A stretch of DNA of 64,000 nt from Flaccisagitta enflata (taxonomy: Eukaryota). The translations under genes were made by a program, and so were the position numbers. Below, piece after piece: positions 1-11,729 of this stretch. The first letter of the stretch is position 1; each line of letters opens with the position of its first letter. The stretch spans positions 33,294,001-33,358,000 of the forward strand of contig OZ231126.1 of NCBI GenBank assembly GCA_965153355.1. The letters run 5' to 3'. Below the pieces are notes generated by a model that was given only the letters and a program-made list of their open reading frames with translations, ran no database searches and was not told the DNA's origin.

Positions 1-425
1 GACAAATCTTTTGATTCTTGAAAAAATTGAGGACTGCAGTCAATCGTAATGCCCTGAAATTATCTAGTAATAAAAGAAAACAAAACTGATTATTTGATTT
101 TTTTGTTGCTTTTTGAGAGGCAAAGGATACACGGATTCAAGATGAAAAATCATGGACATATCCAATAAAAAGTCAGAACAGAAGCTCTTGATAGATCAAA
201 ATACCATATGATGACTAAGAATTTAATGATTTGGGCATATACTTCATTCAGTGAGTGAAAAAGCTAACTTTTCTCCAGCTGTCCGTATATTTATTTCCAA
301 GGTAGTAGATACAAAAAATGAAGTTTGGGAAAGGAAATTAAAGTAACAAATATTAATCCTCTAGTTTTAGCCGGGTTTGCTCGGAAGGTACTGTATCTTT
401 TATATCTTTCTGTCAGTCTCTCTGT

Positions 426-517
<92 letters not shown>

Positions 518-1121
518 GCAGAATCAAAAATTCTGTTCCGCTTGTCTCCATTCTGCCTTGTCACTTTCTCTCCCTCTTTTTCTCTCCCAAACTGCCATTC
601 TTTTTCATTGCCTTCGAGTTAGCTCTTCTGTCTTTTACAGAATTCAACTCCTTTTTATTCTCATAAACTTCTTTTGTGACAAATTTCAATATCCATTGAA
701 CCATTTCTTTTTATTCCATACCATGCATTGATCCTGAACTTTCCCTTGCTCCTTTTTTCTTCTTTTCTTTAAAAAAAAATCATGTTGCTCTACTTTTTTT
801 CATGATTCGTTTTTCAATGAGTTTATGTCTGGAGGCAATGTTTGCATTTATTGATACTTGCTATCACGAGAGGATTGATTGTTTCACATCGCAAAAGTTT
901 ACTTAAGCCCAATGTAAAGCTCAAGCAAGCCGCGGAACATCTGTCTTATGAGTTCATTGTAAATGAATTTTCAATCACCAGCAATACTGACATTATATTA
1001 TCGGTACATCACGTTTAGCTAATAAGTTAACATGCACAGTCGGACAAAAAACCCGGTTGCGCAGGCAGGAGGAAAACAGACAATAAGAACTGTGCTACAA
1101 ATGACAAATCCTAAGATATTT

Positions 1122-1529
1122 TTAGTCGCGGACACGCGACTCTACACCTTGCCGTGTCGGTTGGTCGGTCAGTCGGTCAGTCGGTCAGTCGGTAGGTCGG
1201 TCCGTCCGTCCGTCCTTCCGTCCGTCCGTCCGTCCGTCCGTCCGTCCGTCCGTCCGTCCGTCCGTCCGTCCGTCCGTCACATTTTTGAATTTCCAGCGGT
1301 TTTCGCATTACTGCTCCTGCCCAACCATCCGCGACTTGATTGCCGTGTATCCAGCCTTGTTTTTGGTCCGTTGGCCAGTCTCTCCGTCTGCCGGTAACAC
1401 TTTACTTGTTCGGCATTTAGGGGCGTTTTTAGCAACACTGCCTCTGCCCAAATACTTAACAAGCCTTTTTCATCACTGCCCCCTAGCCACCCGTACGCGA
1501 CCTGGGTAGCCTTGTATCCGGCCTCGTTT
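1122..1529 (+). mobile_element. Two head-to-tail non-autonomous Helentron/DINE-1-like elements
   Basis: T-run, AGTCGCG-GACA-CGCGACT hairpin, (CCGT)n, 3' CCGCGACT and a GCCGTGTATCC(A/G)GCCTTGTT end. The second copy (1362-1529) is degenerate. Confidence 0.75.
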
Positions 1530-1605
1530 TAATCATACAAGGAAGAAGAAGGTGTACTTTAAAACAAGCCCGACCGGGCAACAATATGTCCGGACTGTGT
1601 CTCCA

Positions 1606-2005
1606 TATAATATCTTTCTTTGGACTGACTTGGAGAGTGCGCAAATAAAACCAACCCGAAATCAAATGCTAAAAACTTCTATTGTACAAAGCCACATTAT
1701 AACGTCCGTCAGAACCTGAGTTTGACAAATAAGCACTCTTTAGTACATTGGAGAAGAGATAAAAGCGTCTAATATCAATTAGCAACGGTCAGCATCAATT
1801 AGCAATAAGCAACATCAATACTTACACTTAGCGCTCCCAAACGCAACTCTCGACTTGCAAAGGCACGCTCAGGTATTTATATCAGAAACAACGATGACGT
1901 CACAGACACACAGCACGCTCAACGCGAGAGGTAAGGAGAGAAACCAGGTCCTTTTTTAATGAGACACAGATCACCAGGCACACATCACACAGATCAAACA
2001 TCACA
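1606..2005 (-). repeat. 3' LTR of the BEL/Pao element
   Basis: Aligns almost base for base with 12835-13042 plus 14867-15066. The terminal CA is mutated to TA. Confidence 0.93.
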
Positions 2006-2423
2006 CCCCCGTCTAAAAAAGGACAATGACAAATGGAACCGGAGCGAAATCTCGGTCCAAACGTGACTAAAACGACCATTGTAACGTTAAAATGGGAGCT
2101 ACAACACTAAAATGAGATGTAAGGATAAAATCAGAATTGAGTCAAACTCAAGTGTGAACTGAAATGCGCGAATGAAACGAATCACGAGAGAATGAAGCAA
2201 ATCACGCGAAAATGAAATGAATCATATAGACAGTAAACAATGACACTGTACAATGACAAATGAATAACGATGAACGAATCCATTTAGCAGTGAGGACGAA
2301 GAACACGATCAGATGGCGCTGATTGTCTTTGAGATTGTCTTTGAGGGACTGGCAAATGTCCATGAGAGGGATTGTTTGGTTGATGGGGAAGGGAAATGTT
2401 CGATTGAGGGCAAGGAGAATTCG

Positions 2424-2608
2424 CGGCCGCGTAAGATCCAATATTTCTCTCTCAAATTGGCGAGCGTGAGTTCGAGTCCAGAGTGCGCATTTGAAACATG
2501 AGAATGAACAATCAAATGATTAGTGAACGGGTCATTGGAGGGAAGAATGACTGGATGCTTAGACTCAAAGTTTTCCTCACTGTTTCTCAATCGACCACCA
2601 ACTCTCAA
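2424..2608 (-). pseudogene. pol: BEL/Pao integrase N-terminal (zinc-binding His) segment; catalytic core missing
   Basis: LRVGGRL...KHPVILP...HSHVSNAHSG...LREKYWILRGR continues LDPFIDGEGV across the LINE insertion. No CxxC or DDE core follows. Confidence 0.88.
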
Positions 2609-2610
2609 AC

Positions 2611-3183
2611 GAGAAAAAATATATACTGTTTATACATGACTCAGATGGAAAACACATCAACCCGCAAATGTTAAAACCGGGCTCACACGTTGAAAGCCAC
2701 TTGCGGTTTACCACACATGAAGCTATGGCAAATATCCCAAAAGTCGCAGAAGCGGATAAAGTGTCTGATGTCATATTCCAACTTGGTCCTAATGATTTCC
2801 GCCATGGTCTATCTGCAAAAGAAATTCGGGAAAGCACATTTCAAATGCAAATCCTGTATTACGCAGCTTTTCCAAATGCCCGCCAGCACATTACGGGCTT
2901 ACCACCACTACAGAATAGCCATAAACGAGTAACAAGATACCTCCAAGAACTGTGCAAATACACAAAATGCAATTTCATCCATACAAAGGTTTTTGAAGAT
3001 CGAGCAACGGGAAAGATTCGACGAGACACAATGAGGGACTATCTCCACTACAATGAATACGGGATCAAAATTCTTGCAAAACAAATCAAAAAGAGCATCT
3101 ACTCACGCAACAACAAGGTACCATCGCAACTTTCATCAATCTACTCTACCGTAATGATGTCTCACCTGCCCAGTACCCAATAG
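2611..3183 (+). pseudogene. LINE ORF1 C-terminal SGNH/GDSL esterase-like domain (N-terminus lost)
   Basis: Block I-like FIHDSDGK just upstream of the listed ORF, block III QLGPND and block V DYLHYNEYGIKILA. Confidence 0.8.
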
Positions 3184-4973
3184 GATATCATTTACAACGA
3201 CCACAATTCACGCCTATATGACACACCATCAACCATTGATGAAACCATCCAACCCCAACATAACAATAGCATATACGACAGTACTAAATTACCTGTGTGC
3301 AGTAATGGTAGTATACAAGAACATGATTCTGATATCACACTAGTGCAAAATACCATACATCAGATACAATCAAATGATAGTGATAACAATGACGATTCCA
3401 TCCAATTACATGAGCAATCTATCCTTTTGCCATTAATTGACAATGAAATAAACCCAATACACAATGAAATCACGCAAGTACAAACAGCTATCCAGTGTAC
3501 TAGTAATTACCAGTCACATACCGGCTACAAACCATCCCATACAACCAATTCAAAAACATGGAAAGTTATGTATAACAACATTCATGGACTAAAAGGGAAA
3601 AGAAGTAGTCTTATCGAGCATCTCAATAGCGAGAAACCGCACCTCTTTTTACTGACGGAAACATGGTTACCATCAAACTCAAATATTGAATTAGAGGGAT
3701 ATACAACTTTCTGCAGAGCGCGAGATAACCAGAAAGGTGGAGGAATTGCCATCTTAGTGCGCGATGATGTAACTAAAACAGTCATTGCCCACACATCTGA
3801 AAGACCCATTGAACTTATGTGGGTAAGTATCAGACGTCGTGGAAAACCACCCCTATTCATTGGTTGTTACTACGGCAAACAGGAAGCTCGATGCAATAAT
3901 AGAGGTGGGGGAAATGCACCTTAGTCAACAGATCAAGTTGCACGTGAAGGAAATGTCATAATATGATAAGAATAGATAGTATGCCAAGTTTCAGGGCCTT
4001 TGGAACAGTTTCAGCCTAGCCCTCCACCCCCCTGATTTCCCATAGAAAATGTATAGGAATGATTTTGGCCTCAAAAGTTTCCTATCTTTTATAATGGGGC
4101 AGGAGGTGGGTGGAGGGCTAGGCTAAAACTGTTCCAAAGGCCCTGAAACTTGGCATACTATTTATTCTTATCATATTATGACATTTCCTTCACGTGCAAC
4201 TTGATCTGTTGACTAAAGTGCATTTTCCCCACCTCTAATGCAATAAAGACAAGATAGATGAAGAAATGTTCTACTTGTCAGAAGAAATTGAAGAATACAG
4301 TAATGAAGGAGACATTTTCATGGCAATGGACGCAAATGGGAAAGTTGGAATCTTAGGTGAAGAAAAGAGTAGAAACGGAAAATTGCTAGAGGAAGTGTTT
4401 GAAAGGAATAACCTTGAGCTGCTAAACAACAATCATAAATGCAAAGGAAAAATTACCCGACAAAACACAAAAAATCCGAATGAAAAATCCGCCATTGACT
4501 TTATGGTATGTCACAAATCCATTGTTGATATAATCAATTGGATGCATATCGATGAAGAAGGAATTCTGAAATTGAAAGGGAATGTAGATACTGACCACAA
4601 CACAATCATAGCTGAAATCCAAATCAGTGAAGCAAAAATCCCACCTAAAGAGAAAAAAGTAGTGTGGAGACTAAATGCACCTGAAGAACACTGGAAAAAA
4701 TTCGATTACGAATTAAGAAAACTAGAACCCAAAATGACCCAACTTTTTGAAGCCGTCACTGATGATATGAACACTGCTTACAAGAAATTCACAAGTGGTG
4801 TAGACGCGGCAGCGCGGGTAAGCATAGGAAAAACAACATTGAAAAATAATGGAGTAAAGATAGTATCCGAAGAATTGAAGATTCTAAGAAATCAAAAAAA
4901 CGAGCTTAAACATGAACTAAAATCTTATCCCAATAGACGAAATGAAATTGTCCAAAAATTAAAAGAAATTTAA
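3184..4973 (+). pseudogene. LINE ORF2 apurinic-like endonuclease, interrupted by a MITE
   Basis: YNNIHGL, LTETWL, GGGIAILVR, MDANGKVG, SAIDFM and TDHNTI. Removing 3900-4237 plus one TSD restores ARCNKDKIDEEMFYL in frame. Confidence 0.92.
3900..4237. mobile_element. MITE with ~130-bp TIRs and 9-bp TSD (Mutator-like by TSD length)
   Basis: TAGAGGTGGGG...CCCCACCTCTA termini. ATGCAATAA is duplicated at 3891-3899 and 4238-4246. Confidence 0.93.
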
Positions 4974-5036
4974 ATAAAAATCCAGAATGAAATTTTGGTT
5001 GTAAAAACAAAAATAACTAATACATGATTCAAAAAG

Positions 5037-7214
5037 ATGATCGAAGACAAAAGCAAAAAAAATTACTGGAAAGAAACCAAAAAAATAAACAGAAATAGTG
5101 CGAATGAATGCTTAACAGTTAAAAACAAACAAGGGAAAAGAGAATACAACCCTGAAAATATTAAAGAAACACACGCAGAACATTATGAAACATTATACAA
5201 GAAAAATGAGGTGGAACCCCATCCTCATCACGAAAAAGTAGAAAAAGAGGTCAAAGAGTATGAACTAAACCGGGATTATGAAGATGAATGGTATAACTTA
5301 CCACCAACAGAAGAAGAAATATTGAATATAATAAAAAAGAAAAAGAATGGAAAAGCAACGACAGACTTCAAGAATGAAATGATAAAAGGATGTAGCGAGA
5401 CCTTTGCAAAAATTATCACACCCATTATTCAAACTTCATTCAGAACTGAATGCATTGCCAAAGTATGGAATGAAGGCTTAATTACATCCTTGTGGAAAGG
5501 TAAAGGGGACCGAGAAAACTTAAATAATCATAGAGGAATAACTGTATCAAGTACAATTGGAAACATTGTGGAAGAAATTATTGACAATAGAATGGCAATA
5601 CTCATGGAATTCACCAACAGCCAAGGAGGTGGAAAAAAAGGTGAAGCAACATGCGATCACTTGTTCATCCTCAGATCGGCTATGAACATTGCGTTAGAAA
5701 GAAAGCAACCTTTGTATATCACCTTCTTCGACGTCCACAAAGCTTATGACCAAGCAGATGTGAAAAATATGCTACACGTAGCATGGAACGCAGGAGTCCG
5801 CGGTAAAATATGGCGTATCCTCAAGAACATGAGCACAAATCTGACTGCCTCTATTAAAACGCGTTTTGGCCCAACAAGGCAGATAGTTAGAGAAAATGGC
5901 GGGCGTCAAGGCTCTCGCCTAGCAGGCAGACTTTTCGCTAAACAAATGGATACGTTGTCAGAAAAGTTCTTGAACGGCGAAATTGAAGGAGCGGTAGAAA
6001 TTGATGAAAACTTTTTGATAGGATGCCTTGAATGGGTCGATGATGTGTTAACAATGACACAAGATATCGAAAAGGCAAAAGCAATACTCACTAAAGTAGA
6101 CAATTTTGCCAAGGCCAACAAGCTCAAATGGGGCTTAGACAAATGCAAAATGATGACCATTGGAAAGAAGACAAAAATTCTTGAAGAATGGCAATTAGGC
6201 AATCAAGTCATTGGGAACGCTTCTTCATATAAATACCTCGGTGACGAAATAACAAGTGATGGAAAAAATGAAAAGAATATATTGAGTAGAGAAAATAAAA
6301 CAAACACCCTAGTGAGGAAAATCAATACAACAGCCTCATCAGACGTCATGTATGGTATAGAATCTAAGGTTATTTTGAATCTCTATGACGTTTACGTTAT
6401 TCCATCCCTTCTAAATAATGCAGAATCGTGGTTTTTAACCATCAAAGAAGAAAAACAGTTAGACACAATCGGCATTCGCGTGATAAAACGACTTTTTAAT
6501 CTGCCAACCACCTCACCAAATGTGTCCATTGTATATTCTTTCGGACTACTGTACATAACCCAAGTAATTGACAAAAAGCAATTCATCTACCTCCTAAAGC
6601 TTCTTACCCGAATCGAACCTCATTGGACCCACAGATATCTGAAATATCAGAAAACACATAACATAGCGTGGGCGAAACAAATAACCAACAAACTAACAGA
6701 GTATGACCTAGAGACAAATTGGGATATGATAAGAAGGATGACCCCAAACGAATGGAAAGAAAAAGTAAGAGTGGCCATCTTGAAGAAAAATGGACAAAAA
6801 CTCATTGAGAACTGTACCAGTTTAAACGGACAAGATGTAAAAATCCATACAAAAACAAAACACATTTACGAACAATTGACAAATGATAGATACAAAGGTA
6901 CACCAATTGATGCCCTTGTCCAAGGAAACAAACAAAGGACGCGAACAGTCTTCTTAGCGCAAAACGGGATGTTAGAATGCGGACGAAATATGAAAGGCAC
7001 CATACCAGAAACATGCTCTGAGTGTAACGAAACTGACGAAGAGCAACACATACTGACAACATGTAAAAAATGGTCAGACCTGAACAGTAATCATGGTAGT
7101 GATGTAAATTTCAATGATATCTATTCTGAAGATAAAGAGACTCTTGACCGGATAGTGGCAAAAATATGTACGGTTTGGGAAACACGTTTTGCAAATGGTA
7201 GAATGAAAAAATAA
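5037..7214 (+). pseudogene. LINE ORF2 reverse transcriptase and C-terminal zinc knuckle
   Basis: NHRGIT, FFDVHKAYD, GGRQGSRLAGRLF, WVDD, YKYLGDEI and CSEC...H...C. Premature stops at 4971 and 5026 separate it from the endonuclease. Confidence 0.95.
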
Positions 7215-7433
7215 TTAATTGTCCTTTCCTTTACAACTGAACCAAAAGTAGCAATTTTCAGTAACTACTTGCGTTGAATGAAATATGTATAGGTATGTGT
7301 GTATGTATTCATTTGTTATTTATTGAATTTCACCGTGTACAATTTACAATTGTACAGCTCATTTACATTGTTTTGTAAAAGTGTTCATGACACTATTGAG
7401 CATTAAATCCAATCCAATCAAAAAAAAAAAAAA

Positions 7434-8549
7434 CACCTTCACCATCAATGAACGGATCGAGGGCCCGTACCGCTGATGGTTTACTACTCAAATACCTTTT
7501 TTTAGACAGTGACTGAGGAGTGGAGACAAAGGCGATTTCCTCCGAAAAGTGGCGAGATTGAACATCGATCTCGGCCGCAGAAATCTCTTCCACTGAGAGT
7601 TGACCATACACCGTATGGGTCTCAGTTTGATCATGTGACACGGGTTCGCGACCTTTTGACCTCAAAGATGATTTGAGGTTAGAAATGAATCGAATAAGAA
7701 GAGCAATAATGCGCTTTAAGGAAAGAAAATCAATTTTCCGTTTTAACAGTGAATTAATGAACGTTTCCTTGACCTGAACTTCCGTTGAGAGGATTCCAAT
7801 TTCTGCATCTGAGGGTCGTTGTGGTTGAGACGGCCATCCACTCTCGGGTCCACGCAAATAGTCCGGGCCATTATGAAACAACTTCCACTTGTCAGTGTCG
7901 CTGATTTTGGCGCCACGGCTCGCAATATCGGAGGGATTAACGTCGGTGGGTACATAGTACCAGGAAGAAGGGGAAGAAATGAGGCGAATCTTGTTAAGAC
8001 GATTGGCAACAAAAACCTTGAACTTTCCATTCTCACTCTTGATTTGGTAGTAAACAATAGTGCTGTCTGTGTGATAACAGTAACGGCTAACATTCAGCTT
8101 AACATGCTCATTGATGTAAGAGACTAATTCAACTGCAATCACTGCTAAACGCGGAGTTGAACCAGACACATCTACCATTTATCTTTTTCCGATGAGACAC
8201 GGGACTTGGCCATGAAAGATTTGACCAGATCTGTTCCATCGATGGCGACGAAGGAACAGGCTGCGCAACCAACAAGAGAGGCGTCACTATATGTGTGAAT
8301 GGTAACGGGTTGGTCCCTTGTGTACAGACCGATCCACCTGTCTATAGAAATGGATGAAAGCAACTTGAGTTCAGAGTACCATTCATAAAACTTTTTCTCC
8401 CATTCGGCTGGTACGGGTGTCTTCCAGGCCAAACCCAAATAACAAAGCTTCTGCACAAGCTTCTTTCCTCTCACAACCCATGGACAGACAAAACCTGTGG
8501 GGTCAAAAATAGACATTACGGCGGAGAGAACAGATGAGCGTGTAACCAC
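7434..8549 (-). pseudogene. pol: BEL/Pao RNase H (Pao peptidase A17 region) and linker
   Basis: TRSSVLSAVMSIFDPTG, HTYSDAS, AKSRV, TDSTIV, FVANRL, WYYVPTDVNPSDIASRG, GPDYL and LDPFID are typical BEL/Pao motifs. Confidence 0.93.
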
Positions 8550-8564
8550 ATTTTCCCCCGCCTT

Positions 8565-10884
8565 TCACGGAACCGAGTTTACGCGAAACTTGTCATTTTC
8601 TGTGTCGTACAAAATTCCCAAAACAGAAACTGTTGGTAACTTCTCATCCGCGTCATTCCCTACACCAGGGTGACGCAGTTCCTTGGGAATAGAATTGAGC
8701 ACAGTGCGCGAATTCGAATGAAATTTGGTCAAATGAAAACCACCCTTTTTGCAAAGAGAAATCATACCATCAGCCAATTCAATAGCCTTAGCATCATTTT
8801 CTGCATTTGATGCTCCATCGTCTACATACAGGGTTTTTCAAGCCAACACGCCGATTACAAAACGACATTTCTCAGCTGCTAGATATGAGAATCAAATTCT
8901 GAAAAAAGGTTTGTACAGCTTGTGAGCTCCGATTTTGTTAGTTGACTTTGTTTATGGTAAGATTTCAATACATTCTCCCATAAGAGACCTTTTAAAGGTA
9001 CTCGATTTTTCAATTACCAACTCAGAAAAATGAATCCTCTGCTCCATAAAACAAGCATCAACTTTAAAGGAGCACTGCTTCTAAACGAATAAGTTACAGA
9101 TCTCAGATCAATCCCATTTTAAAGAGTTGTCTTTGTTCTTTAAAATGCGACCAATCCGGGGTGTGTAGCTCAATTCAAAGTTGATGATGCTCGGTAGTGA
9201 AAGGGGGCCCCATGAGATCATGGTGGAGCGCCATTCAACCATCAACTTCCACCATCTGGCGAAGGCGGAGATGCTCAAAATGATAGCAATCACCAAAATT
9301 ACATAACCAACTAACGGACTGACCAACCAGCTTACTCTTGGAACAAAGAAATACCAACAGGAGGAAAAACGCAATGTGAAGCTGCCACATTGGGAAAACG
9401 TCTTTGAACAGTTTAATTTTTAATGAGGAATGCTATGCAACTACAGCTACAGCTACAGCTACAGCTACAGCTACAGCAAATCAAAATTGATTTGGCATCT
9501 AGACTGTATTTCAGCTTCATTTGTTTTGACATGGCCTTAGGATTAAGCAATAGCCTAACAACAAAAAATGTGATGTCATAGAAAAGTTCTCTATCAGAGG
9601 GATATGGCCCAAAATCATGTTTACAGATGTTCTATGAAAAAAATTTACACCTGGAACCCCTATAAATTGGCGCCGCCACCCACCCCCTTTCCAATGATAA
9701 AACACAAGCAAAAATCTTTCCTATACATTTTCAATGGGAAATGAGGGGGGTGGCGGCGGTTATTTCTAGAGGTCCCATGACCAAATTTTTGTTGTGGTTT
9801 ATCTTTGTACATGATTTTGAGTCATATCCCTCTTGTTATGCTATTAAGCAATGCTTTCTCGAGGTAGTAACTTAGTAAAATTTATCCAAATTCTGAGGAT
9901 TTATTCACTCATCTATGACAGGTAAACTAGTTGAAATCAAACCATCACAATTTCTGATAACAAAATCGGAGCTCAAGGGCTGTTTGGAAGATTTTTCAGA
10001 AATCAATTATCTTGTCTGGGGGCAGAGAAACGTCGTTTTGTAATTGGCGTGTTGGCGTGAAAAACCCTGTACATGTCATCATTGATGGAATCAATTACCT
10101 CTTTTAGATAACCATCCCTATGATCAACGGCATTTTGCCTGTAGCAGTATAGCAGCAGCGGCGGACGATGCGGCGCCAAAAGCGAGTTGATTCATCCTCA
10201 ATGGCTCCAAATCTTTTTCTCCGGGCTTTGAACGGAAAAATCGGAATGCATCTTTGTCTTGAGAATGGAGAGAAATCATGTGGTAAAAAGCTTTAACATC
10301 ACACACCACAGTGACCGGCAATAGCATAAAACGAAGCAAAATTGCTAAAAGCGGATTATTCAAATCTGGTGATGAGTAGAAAAGAGAATTCAAACTGACT
10401 CCATTGGATACGGCCCTAGCATCATGGCAATAACAAGGCTTTTTACCAGCCTTTTCAGCAATAACAGGAGGTAAATACCACTCAACTTTTGGCGGCGTTG
10501 TCCACTGTGGAGGCGTCATCTCCTCTGGTGGAATCTTCTCTGTGATGCCATCATCCAAAAGGGCTTGAACTTGGGGTTTCGACAATCTCTTACAAATCTG
10601 GTCGTGACAAAAGACATTAGTCCATTTTCTTGACTCGATTGCGCGCAGTAGCTTCCGACGCCCCCGTCGGCATCACTGTAGCTAATTCTTCATAACCATA
10701 AAGCCTTGGTATTTCTATCTCATACCTTTCTCCATTGAAATGGCACGAGTCTTTGAAAACCTGAAATGACTTTTGTTCATCCTGAGATAAAACAAGAGAA
10801 TCAGAGGGTGAATCAAGAAAATCACTACGAAAAAAAGCATGCATACTTTCATCCATAGAATCGAGTTTCTCATTCTCAGCTGAG
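8565..10884 (-). pseudogene. pol: BEL/Pao reverse transcriptase, frameshifted and split by an insertion at 8829-10069
   Basis: GERYEIEIP, WYLP, DARAVSNGVSLN, PDLNNPLLAILLRF, CDVKAFYHMI and LAFGAASS. DMYVDDG is rebuilt across the insertion, followed by GGFHLTKFHSNS. Confidence 0.92.
8829..10069. mobile_element. Non-autonomous Tc1/mariner-type DNA transposon
   Basis: TIRs CAGGGTTTTTCA.GCCAACACGCC.ATTACAAAACGAC. TA TSD at 8827-8828 and 10070-10071. Contains internal hairpins and (CAGCTA)n at ~9441-9477. Confidence 0.92.
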
Positions 10885-10886
10885 TA

Positions 10887-11721
10887 TAAGAAGGTGCCCA
10901 GATGGATATGGTCTCCTTCGACGTGCCATATTTATCAAGTGTTTTCTTGTGGTCTGCATATCTCATGTATAGAAAGAAATTGGTTACCCATTTCTAAATG
11001 TTGCATAACTTTTGACAAGTCCTATGATAATTTCTGAAGAGGGAATGTTTTTTCAGGAATTTAAAGGATAGTTGTGATGGGTCGAGATTAAACACCAGTA
11101 AGAGCTCCAAAGGCTCTTGTCCTTATTTTAGATATTGTTGAGTAGTAATGTTGTCCAACTTTCATATTATTCAGTACCTTGGTATGGAATGCCGGCAGTC
11201 CCGTATGGTTGATCCTCGATTCTTGCCTCAAAGGGTATGGTTTTTTACAACATTGCCTCCGGTAAATAGCTTATCTTTTGGTAACTAGTTTATCCTGAGG
11301 TGATTTGACATTTTTAACAATTGGAATAAAATACTACAGAAATTTTGAATTCAAGATTTTGGGGTTGACATAGGATTTTTGAGAGGGTTGTTTCAGGAGG
11401 AAGAGAGTTTGAGTTTCTTGCTATCTTTGGTATATGAGGAGTTTAAGAAGGTGCCCAGATGGATATGGTCTCCTTCGACGTGCCATATTTATCAAATGTT
11501 TTCTTGTGGTCTGCATATCTCATGTATAGAAAAAAATTGGTAATCCATTTCTAAATATTGCATAACTTTTGACAAGTCCTTTGATAATTTCTGAAGAGGG
11601 AATGTTTTTTCAGAAATTTAAAGGATAGTTGTGATGGGTCCAGATTAAACACCAGTATGAGCTCCAAAGGCTCTTGTCCTTATTTTAGATATTGTTGAGT
11701 AGTAATGTTGTCCAACTTTCA
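10887..11721. mobile_element. Unclassified insertion: 1.5 tandem copies of a ~557-bp unit (277-bp terminal direct repeats), flanked by TA
   Basis: 10887-11164 matches 11445-11721 with few substitutions. Removing the insertion plus one TA restores the BEL frame AYIAYSAENEKLD. Confidence 0.85.
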
Positions 11722-11729
11722 TAGGCAAT

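Larger units (their letters stand above)
2610..7432 (+). mobile_element. 5'-truncated non-LTR retrotransposon (esterase ORF1 + APE/RT ORF2; RTEX- or L2/CR1-group-like)
   Basis: ORF1 remnant, endonuclease, RT, C-terminal CxxC-H-C, 3' UTR, then ATTAAATCCAATCCAATC and poly(A). It interrupts BEL pol between GEGV and LRVGGRL. Confidence 0.93.

Noticed and set aside
2006-2441. Possible env or extra ORF in the BEL 3' region
   Set aside because: Only short ORFs in low-complexity AATGA-rich sequence.
9108-9374. 88-aa hydrophobic ORF inside the Tc1-like element
   Set aside because: No transposase motif and it runs into a hairpin region. Most likely a chance ORF.
11585-11612. CTGAAGA...GAAA in the 1.5-mer element as a hammerhead
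   Set aside because: The two motifs are the arms of a simple inverted repeat (AATTTCTGAA / TTCAGAAATT), the GAAA is not kept in the other copy, and stems I and III are absent.
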